Below the pieces are notes generated by a model that worked only from the letters and a program-made list of their open reading frames with translations, did not search any database and had not been told where the DNA came from. This document shows positions 1 through 8,303 of a DNA stretch of 64,000 nt, in pieces. Position numbers and translations under genes: made by a program. Each line of letters opens with the position of its first letter. Positions within the stretch are counted from its first letter, which is position 1. This stretch comes from Williopsis jadinii (taxonomy: Eukaryota). The stretch lies in assembly GCA_024346625.1 (NCBI GenBank), contig AP024665.1, forward strand, positions 1,302,001-1,366,000. Direction: 5' to 3'.

Positions 1-20
1 TATTATAACAGTGTGTGAGA

Positions 21-863
21 ATGTCAGGATTAGAGCTGGCGTGTGAATGGGAGAAGTGTGGGTCGCAGCATGAGCCGAGAGCGTTGATGAGACATATCAC
101 GGAGGTGCACTCGCACCCAGGGGACCTCCAATGTCTGTGGGAAGGGTGTGGGCAGATGGAGGCGAACCACTATGCGCTGATCAACCACATACGGTCGCAC
201 GTGAAGTACTGTCCATTCACGTGTTTTGTCACGGACTGCGATGAAGAGTTCCCCAACGCGGATCAACTCCAAGTGCACCTGAAGGCCAGGCACGAGGAGC
301 ACAAGGACAACAAGTTGTCCTGGTTCACCTTCCTGGACCAATTCCGCTATTCGTCGCCACTGTTGAACGCACCTCCTCCGAAGAAGTTCTCCAAGATATC
401 AGACCGCGAGTTCAACAGGATGCTCAATAGCCGCAAGATTGACTTCTTGAAGATTTCCAACGTCACTGCGGATGACATTGTCAGTGAGCCCTCGAGGAAG
501 AAGGGCCGTACTGCGAACGCTGAGATCAACGCTGAGCTGAGGGAACAGTACAGAGCCGACAACTCTGCCTTTAAGACGCAGATCATGGAGCAGGCCACAA
601 GGACGTTCGAAGACGCACAGACACTAGAACCTCTACCACGGGATGAAGAGATTGACAGGTTATCAAGAGAGGAGTTGGTTAATCTATACGCTGACTTGGA
701 GAGGAAATATTTGTGGTCCTTGGAGGTTCACGAATTGTTAAAAGAACAGTTGGAAGATGTCGAGAGACAGAGAGACACCTTGATAAATGACAAGGAGCTG
801 TTGTTGGATGCGTCCATAGCACTGGAGATCAAAGGTGATGAATCATTGTATAAACTGGAGTAA
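21..863 (+). CDS. Three-C2H2 zinc-finger protein with C-terminal coiled coil, Iec1-like INO80 complex subunit
   Basis: Tandem GLI/YY1-type fingers (CEWEKC..H..H, CLWEGC..H..H, CFVTDC..H..H) plus coiled-coil tail (YLWSLEVHELLKEQLE..KELLLD). First ATG at 21; the ORF track starts at GTG 15. Confidence 0.65.
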   Translation: MSGLELACEWEKCGSQHEPRALMRHITEVHSHPGDLQCLWEGCGQMEANHYALINHIRSHVKYCPFTCFVTDCDEEFPNADQLQVHLKARHEEHKDNKLSWFTFLDQFRYSSPLLNAPPPKKFSKISDREFNRMLNSRKIDFLKISNVTADDIVSEPSRKKGRTANAEINAELREQYRADNSAFKTQIMEQATRTFEDAQTLEPLPRDEEIDRLSREELVNLYADLERKYLWSLEVHELLKEQLEDVERQRDTLINDKELLLDASIALEIKGDESLYKLE

Positions 864-1664
864 CAAGACATTAAATAACTGTCACGTGATTTGATACCAA
901 CTCTACGATTATGTAAGCACCGAACGCGCTATGCCTAAAATGCGTTCCCCAGCAACGCGAAAGATAGGCACGTGATCCATATATGTGTCGGTACGGGCAC
1001 GCTAACCATGATCCTGGTATCGCATAGAGAACAATGCTTTCAGAAGGAATAAACACACATTAACTATACATCAACAATCAAACAGTAACGCCATATATAA
1101 CATAACCAGTATTTCAAAACGCACACCCACCGGGTGTTAGGTTCATTCCATCATTTTATTGCAAGCAATGAGCATTCCAAATACCACTGAGTCTGGTTAG
1201 TAACAATGAAGAGTTAAAATAGGTTGAGCTTTTGCTCCTTAATATCATCATCAGAGAGCAAATGAAAACTGACATAGCATCAGATGCGATCCAAAGAATC
1301 GAGATAAATTCTACCCATAAACCCATTGCTGTACCGAGCTCGAAGGCTGTGGATGTAAAACTTTCGAAAACAATTGTTTGTGGAGAACTTGATGGAACTT
1401 TCCAAGGAACACTGAATGGTGTAGTGTTCCAGGGTCAAATTCAAGGCTCTGGTGAGCCCTTGGAGGAAACTGATGGCATCCGAACCTGTAAAGACACGCT
1501 CTCTAAATCCACGAAGAATCTTGGCCTATTGAATATGGCTCTGTCGTTACTTGAAGGCAAGCTTAATGCCTCACTGCTAGAGAACACAACTGCATCAACT
1601 TCATACGCTAAACAAACGAATGAGGAGATGTTGAAACAGGAACTTTTTGAGACAAAAACCATAT

Positions 1665-1760
1665 TGAAAGAGAAAGAGAGAGATATCAAATCCATGGTGA
1701 AAGAGAAAGAGAGAGGGATCAAATCCAAAATGAAAGACAGAGATAAAAAGATCAAAGACC
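1665..1760 (+). repeat. 33-bp (11-aa) coding tandem repeat, about 3 degenerate copies, in transposase coiled coil
   Basis: tgaaagagaaagagagagatatcaaatccatgg / tgaaagagaaagagagagggatcaaatccaaaa / tgaaagacagagataaaaagatcaaagacc. Confidence 0.85.
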
Positions 1761-4741
1761 TGGAAGAGAAGATCAAACATATGCAAAATGTGATGCAAAA
1801 TGGCCAACCAGCTTCTTGGCAACCCTCATCTTCAACAAATCAACCAACACATGCAAAGAAAGTGCATATTAGGCCTTCAAATACTCTTCCAAGCATCGAA
1901 AATGACGACGAAAATGATTCAGATCGTGATGAGGATCTATCAAACAGTCCAATATTTGGCCCCTTTTTATCCTCCAATGAGATTGACAATGAACATGATA
2001 ATGAATTAGACCTTGAAGCCCAACCAAATCAGGGAAGAACGTTCTTGAATATCATAAAGGACAAGATATACAGGAACCTCTTGAAAAAATTGAAAGTTGG
2101 GGCTCGTTTCCAGACTTTTGATGATGCTGAAATGGCTTTATTCATCAAGTTCACAATCTGCAACGGAATATTCTATAAGAATAATAACCATCGAAATGGC
2201 ATCCACAAGTCCAAAGCAAGATTCACTGTGACCAAATCATATTCTTGTTGTCAATGCGATGTGATAATAGCGAATTTGCAATATTGCAACTCCCATGGGC
2301 AAGTACAGATTAAAAAGATGAATGTTGATCATGACTGTACTATGGACGATATGATCAAAAGACAGAAGAGGCTCATTTTGTCCAAGATCAAGCAGGGAGC
2401 AAAAAGAGGGTACAACACCTCCAAGTTAACAGATGGCGAATTCGAAACAATGCTGGCGAAAGAATTCAAAGACGTTGAGAGTAAATATCAATCTTTTGGT
2501 TCTGATGTACAACTTCTCAAGAGATACAGCATGTTAACAAATAATGTGTTTCATCAAAAGATTGTTTCTCATATTTTACATCTTGTTGGACTTCACAAGT
2601 CCCATATGTTTCTCGAGTACACCAATGAAAATAATCAACATCTTGTTGCAAAATTAGAAAAAGATCTAGCACTCAGTACTATTATTGAAATCCTTGGCTT
2701 CAACGGAGATCGACGCATTATCGACACCATTAACTCTTTGGTCGGTTTCCAGGCAATTGATCAAGACAGACTTATTGAATCACTGAAAAAAACCATGTCT
2801 CGTACAATTCGAACGAAAACGATTTATCACGATTCATTCAGTGATGTGGATATAGTGAGCACAGCAATAGCACTCCATAAAGTTGGATGCATCATGGTCG
2901 GATTCAATGGAAACAAGATGGCCTTTGAAAATGGTTGGCTTGCTTCTAGTGGAGCTGATTTGACAGAATCACTTGAACGAAATCATGCATTGCGTGAAAG
3001 TGTTAGTGACGATGTGCAAAATCAGGAATGTGCCACCTTCGGTGAACGTGGAGTTCCAATTCCGCTGTCTGATGATGAACCCTTTGAAGTTGAACCAATC
3101 AATTGTGACCATGAACTTGATGATGATTTAGAGGCTGAAAGCTCATTGAAAAAAATCAATGACGATGATCTGAAAGCTGAACTAATTGATTGCAGAATTG
3201 AAATCCTGAACTCGAAGAATGAGATTGACACCAGTATTCTCAACAGTGTTTATGCTGTCGAGAAAGATAAGATGGTATACTATCTTTCTTCCTTGGAAGA
3301 AGAAAACTTCACAGTGCCTCCAGAGCTTACATCAGCCATGGACGAATTTCTAGAGAATAAGAAAGATGATGAAACCTCAGTTGACATGGTGTACTTCCAG
3401 AATATTCTCTGTGAAGAACTCAATTTAGAAAAGTCCATTGGAGTGTTGGCTTTGGATGGTACGTTTGTCAAAATCAAGAACGCTCAATCTGATGATAAAT
3501 TCTCAACCCTTCTGGTCATGAATTGCAAATATGGTAACAACAGGACCGTTCCTTGGGCTTTTGCGTTGTGTCGTAATGAATGTGCGCAATCATGGACAAA
3601 CTTCCTAACAACTTTCAGATCAGCAAATCCATGGTTCGTGGAAAGCATGGTCATAAAGAATTGGACATGTATAACAGATGGTCAAAAGGGAACGCGACTT
3701 GCCATCAAGCTAGTTTTCCCTGAAATGACAAACACGATCTGTACTTTCCACCTGAAACAGAACCTTCTGAAGTGCACCAGTTCCGAATACAAGAAAGCAG
3801 CTTCAAAATGGCTGAACACAGCAATCCATAGTCAGCATTCAAATGTGAGAGAAGAAGCTGTTGCAAAGTTGAAAGCCAACTTTGTGACTGATAAAAGAAC
3901 AAACAAGAATACAACGTTCCATCTAATCTCAACTATGGATCAGATATCTCGCCCTCTTTTGAATGGTACAGCGAATGTCACAATGGATGTTTTCACGTCT
4001 AACCAAGTCGAAGTGTTCAATAGTAGAATCAAACGTCTCAGAGGCACAAATAAAATCAACATTATTTTGAATCTGCTGGCTCTGCAACAACTTGATGAAG
4101 AATTGACTGTTTATGAACTTTCTGACCTAAATGCCAAGTCGAAAGTTTCCATGACCACTCTGGGTGTTGTTCATGTGAATGTGGCTATTTATCTGTCAAG
4201 CATGTTTGAAGTCGATGAGCAAGATGGAATCTATCTCGTGAATTCCAAAAAGGTGTCCTATACTGATAAAGAGCTTCTCAGTTTCATCACACGATGTCAT
4301 GTTCCACTCAAGAGATCCAAAGAATCATATGTGCCATTCAGAAAGGAATATTTCAAGAGTCTGATGAACAGTGCTGGAGTAATCGTCAAAATTCATGGTG
4401 ATGATGTTTCGTGTAACCAGTGCAGAGGTGAAGTTAGAGAGTTCACGTATTGTCCTCATGTCTTGGCTGTGCTCTCTAAAATCAACAATTGGAAGTTTGA
4501 AAACGATATAGAAAGCTGTATCACAAAGTGGAAAGAGAGTAAAGGTACCAGTAAGTCTGATATCAAATTTTTCGGATATCAAACTCTTGCACCACTTCTT
4601 GAAGGAGAATTTCCTCTGTACATTCATTCATCGGTGATCGGTGATCTCTCTGTGGAGAAAATTTGTCAACGATACAAAATTGATGATGTGCGCTCAATGA
4701 GACAGGATATTACATCCATCAAGGAGTCACTAATGTCACCT

Positions 4742-4795
4742 AAAGCCACCAAAGTCACCGAAGTCACCGAAGCCACCAAAACCACCAAAACCACC
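4742..4795 (+). repeat. 9-bp coding minisatellite x6 (KAT KVT EVT EAT KTT KTT)
   Basis: aaagccacc aaagtcacc gaagtcacc gaagccacc aaaaccacc aaaaccacc. Confidence 0.85.
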
Positions 4796-5399
4796 ACATC
4801 GTCTTTAACTGTGGATAGTTTAACAAACAGTTCATTGGAGAATGCATTTATGGAGCACCAACACTTGGAAGCGTCAGATTTTGACAGAAACAAGCCACCC
4901 ACTAAGACTAAGAAGAGGAAACGAAAGCAAGGAAAAACCGTGGGTGGTCTGAGCCAAAATAAGCGTGTAAACACATAAGAACGTCGGTAAACCACATAAA
5001 ACTATTCTAGATGATATTTTTTTGCGATTTGTAGACAGTTCCATCTGAAGCAATGTCCAATATCATAACAGTAATATGATCTTCCAACAAAAAAGGATTG
5101 AATATATCCATGAGAGTGATCTATCCTGTATTCACAGCACTCTCTATGGGAACTGGAAGGACTATCTCGCCTAGTATCAACATCAAACATTCAAATTGGC
5201 AGGCAAGCACCCCCATCTAACTCAAATAACAACGCTAGTAAAAAACTAATGATGCTCGAAACGATTCTCTTAGAATGTGGAGGGATACATGGTATGAACA
5301 TGAATACAGACATAGAGAAGATCTTGTCATATATCACCATTGACCCATAAAATGGCAGAATGTGTTCTTAAACAACAAAAAAACAATGGGAGAAAAAAA

Positions 5400-6052
5400 C
5401 TTGGGATGTTAGTATTCAAATCAAAAGCACTCAATTCGGTTTGTTCCAATGAAATCAAATACACACCTTTGAGGGAAATGGATCAAAATTAACAAGTGTG
5501 ATGGAATGGTAACGGACTTGAATAACTAGAAGTCTGGGGAAGTGTGTCGGACTGTATCGAGTACACAGGATTGACAATCTTTGATGCAAGATCCTTGGTT
5601 GTAGAGCTGTATGGTTAGTATAACTGATTAATAAAGGCTTGGTTAGCGCTTCAAATTTGACGCTTTTCGACAAAATCAACAACATACCCTAAACTTTGAT
5701 ATCGGAAATGTCCCACGGCGATCGGTACTGCAAGATTGACACTAGATCACCAGTATATGTTTCAAGCGAATGATATATCTGTACTTTGGTTAATATCTGT
5801 GTTCAAATATCCCTTTCAGGGGTCAGATCAAAACAACAACATACTCAGAAATAACAATACAAAAGGGAATCAGAAGAAAGGAATTCAACATTATAAGTCT
5901 TATGATAATGGGTGATCATTCTCGCCCATATGTTAGTTGTGACTCATCTCAAAGTTGGCTGAGGTTCGAATAAACGGATTACTTGTTTACAGAATCCAGG
6001 ATTTAGTAGGAGCAGACGAGTTCCTCAGCAACGTTCTGTTAGTGGAAGCCAT
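5400..6052 (-). other. Predicted multi-intron transcript (lncRNA, decayed gene or small-peptide gene), convergent on the transposase
   Basis: Minus-strand introns: 5844-5779 (GTATGT..TATTAAC..CAG, 66 nt), 5687-5607 (GTATGT..TACTAAC..CAG, 81 nt), 5466-5400 (GTGTGT..TACTAAC..AAG, 67 nt). A weaker one at 5990-5899 (GTAAAC..AACTAAC..AAG). Transcript ends unknown. Confidence 0.55.
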
Positions 6053-6058
6053 ATATTC

Positions 6059-6089
6059 AAAACAATAACAACAACAATAACAATAACAA
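6059..6089 (+). repeat. (AAC/AAT)n microsatellite
   Basis: aaaacaataacaacaacaataacaataacaa. Confidence 0.8.
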
Positions 6090-6129
6090 ATCGGAATCTA
6101 ACCGCGTAGCGCGACCGAAGCAACGACGT

Positions 6130-6141
6130 ATGTCCGGGTGT
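6130..6141 (-). promoter_or_regulatory. Rap1-type site ACACCCGGACAT
   Basis: Resembles Rap1 consensus ACACCCRYACAY; 11/12 identical to the site in the RPL26 promoter (29515-29526). Confidence 0.5.
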
Positions 6142-6976
6142 TTTGCTAATCATACGCGGACCACAGACTTGTCTTCCGCTAGTAGATCCACTGAAATATC
6201 ACCAACTAAATAAATCCTCTGTAAATGTGTCCTATATATGCTCATTATGATTATCAAAGTATGGTTAATCATTATTGGGGACTTCTATTTAATTTTAAAA
6301 CATTGATATCAAAGTTCATCTGAAATTAGACAGAATTAATTGGCTGAAAAAGTTACCATGGAGGATATCAATAATAATCAATATTGATTCTCTAAATCAC
6401 TCTAAATATCTCATTTTCATGTTTTTCATGCTTCATGGAGTATTATAATGAGCCTTATTTGTTAATTGATGCCCCACTTTGTACATTGTCTTGGTGAAGT
6501 AATGGTAACTGGTGTGTGGAGATCATACAGAGCACTCAAGAAGTACTGACAAAGAATTAGAATCATCAAAAGGCAGTCTATATTGAGCATGAATGAAATT
6601 ATACTCACTAAACACATGCCATAGATTATTCTCAAACTTCTTTATACTCTGTATCTTCGTTAAATCTCTCACACTATCCGATGAAGCGTGTCTACTCTTG
6701 TTGCCTCGACTCCCCAGTCACATGATGGAAACTAAAAATGTTCATTTTATATTCTAAAGGGGGCTAAATAACATAAGGAAAACATGATGATATAGAACTA
6801 AATTCCAGCTTTCAAACGAGTTAATCCAAGTACGAACTTCCTTAAATACTACCTAACGTATACCATATATATGATAATCCGAGGGTGTTCCCCCGGTTCC
6901 TCTTTTTATTTATCACTCGCACCTTGTTGGAGCCGTTAATATTCCGATAGTTTTTCTTTTTTGTTCGGAATTAGCA

Positions 6977-7020
6977 GCTCATCGCGCAGCGAAGGGAGCA
7001 GAGCGAAAGAAAAAAATTCT
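6977..7020 (+). promoter_or_regulatory. PAC (GCTCATCGC) and RRPE-like (AAAAAATT) ribosome-biogenesis elements upstream of FCF2
   Basis: gctcatcgc at 6977-6985; aaaaaattct at 7011-7020; the downstream gene is an rRNA-processing factor. Confidence 0.7.
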
Positions 7021-7050
7021 TCAAGCCAGTTGTTCTGATCAACCAGCTAA

Positions 7051-7737
7051 ATGCAGATAATAAGCCCAACAAAGATGCCTTTATCGCCTATCAGAGAGTC
7101 ATCCACAGCTCCTAGCGTCATAGAAACAGATGAATACGAAAATCTGGACATCGATGATCTCTTTGCAGAGCTGCAAAAGTCTCATCCAAAGAGTGTAGTG
7201 AATGATAAAGAAGAGGACGAGTTTACACAGATTAAGAAGTCCATTGCAAAGCTGCCCAAGATACAGGATACATCTTCTTTGTCTAAGGAGGAAAATGCAC
7301 ACAAAGCTCGGAAGAACGATGGTATAATCAACATTAATGACCCGATAATGCATACCAAGAAGAAGGCATCCGAACAGCCCTCAACTTCAGGTTCCAAGTG
7401 GTTTGATATGCCAAAGGGCGAGCTGACAGACTCTGTGAAGAGAGACCTCAAGATCATCCAGATGAGAGCTGCACTGGACCCAAAGAGACACTACAAGAAG
7501 GATAAATGGCAAGTACCAGAGTTTTTCCAGATTGGTACGATAGTGGAAGGAAATACAGAGTTCTACTCTGCAAGACTCAAAAACAGAGATCGCCACTCCA
7601 CGATACTGGAGAGTGTTATGTACGACGACGATACGAAGAAATACTTCAAGAGAAAATACGACGAGATTCAAGTCAAGAAGACCTCTGGTAAAAAGGCACA
7701 CTACAAGAAGAACAAAGAGGCAAGAAGGAAGTTTTAA
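7051..7737 (+). CDS. FCF2: rRNA-processing protein Fcf2
   Basis: Fcf2 domain: KWFDMPKGELT..KRDLKIIQMRAALDPKRHYKK..PEFFQIGTIVEG..EFYSARL. Start may be 7051 or 7075. Confidence 0.93.
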   Translation: MQIISPTKMPLSPIRESSTAPSVIETDEYENLDIDDLFAELQKSHPKSVVNDKEEDEFTQIKKSIAKLPKIQDTSSLSKEENAHKARKNDGIININDPIMHTKKKASEQPSTSGSKWFDMPKGELTDSVKRDLKIIQMRAALDPKRHYKKDKWQVPEFFQIGTIVEGNTEFYSARLKNRDRHSTILESVMYDDDTKKYFKRKYDEIQVKKTSGKKAHYKKNKEARRKF

Positions 7738-8113
7738 TCCTCCACAGACCAAGTCACTTCCACCAGAAAATTATACACAGCCATCTTTCCGAGATCTTGC
7801 ATTGTAGTTTCCACCATAGCACACCCGTTCAGCTCCATAGTCGAATGAAACCCATAGATTTGCCCTATATAAGAAGAATCGAAATTTTACCTGTTGTCGT
7901 GACGACCAAATGTTTACCCTCGGAACATACCCTTTTCGGTAAATTACAAACATCACAACATGGTCGGAACTCCCATCCCGCTTGTTGTGTTTTTCTTCCT
8001 TTGGCCGAATCAAAAAAACTTCACCGCCAGCAATTCCTCATTCTTTTATACCTTTGTAAACACAGAAGAAGTAGCTTCATCCTACCTGTTTCATACTTCA
8101 CTGATACTGAATA

Positions 8114-8293
8114 GTACGTTCTCTACTGTGCTGCACTCATCAGCAGGGCCTGCCTTTGTTCTTTGATTTTGATCTGTGAAGCGGGTGCTGTTGTGCCGTT
8201 GTTGCTGTTGTGATACGGATCGAGAGTATACGCCATATGTATCTTCCCCTTGATCCGACTCTTTGATCTTTGAATACTAACGAATCGATACAG
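8114..8293 (+). other. 5'UTR spliceosomal intron of KAP95 (180 nt)
   Basis: GTACGT at 8114, TACTAAC at 8275-8281, CAG at 8291-8293, 10 nt before the ATG. The spliced junction creates an in-frame TAA, so the intron is non-coding. Confidence 0.75.
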
Positions 8294-8303
8294 AATTACA
8301 AAG

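Larger units (their letters stand above)
1262..4978 (+). mobile_element. Mutator-like (MULE) DDE transposase ORF, about 1238 aa, intact
   Basis: MULE core: LALDGTF (D at 3455), PWAFALCRNE, CITDGQKG (D at 3677), CTFH (CxxH, 3740-3751), NQVEVFN (E at 4010). SWIM finger CNQC..CPH at about 4412-4459. N-terminal FAR1/WRKY-like segment (FQTFDDA..CCQC..HDC). C-terminal NLS KTKKRKRK. No TIRs identified by eye. Confidence 0.9.

Noticed and set aside
5002..5350. Short ORFs (5002-5190 minus; an open plus frame at about 5120-5350) as transposon gene relics
   Set aside because: No recognisable motifs or family resemblance.
6131..6141. Telomerase RNA template (ACACCCGGACA with 3-nt terminal redundancy) on the minus-strand transcript
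   Set aside because: Equally explained as a Rap1 site. I saw no convincing Sm site or pseudoknot, and the species' telomere repeat is unknown. Revisit if telomeres are (GGGTGTCC)n.
6717..6890. Point centromere (CDEI GTCACATG, spacer, CCG)
   Set aside because: The spacer is not extremely AT-rich (contains GGGGG and many C), and ATAATCCGAGG is a poor CDEIII match.
864..7050. Terminal inverted repeats of the MULE
   Set aside because: The best match seen (about 915-935 versus the reverse complement of about 6103-6123, shared CGCGCTA core) is about 13/21 and does not extend. A computational IR search is still needed.
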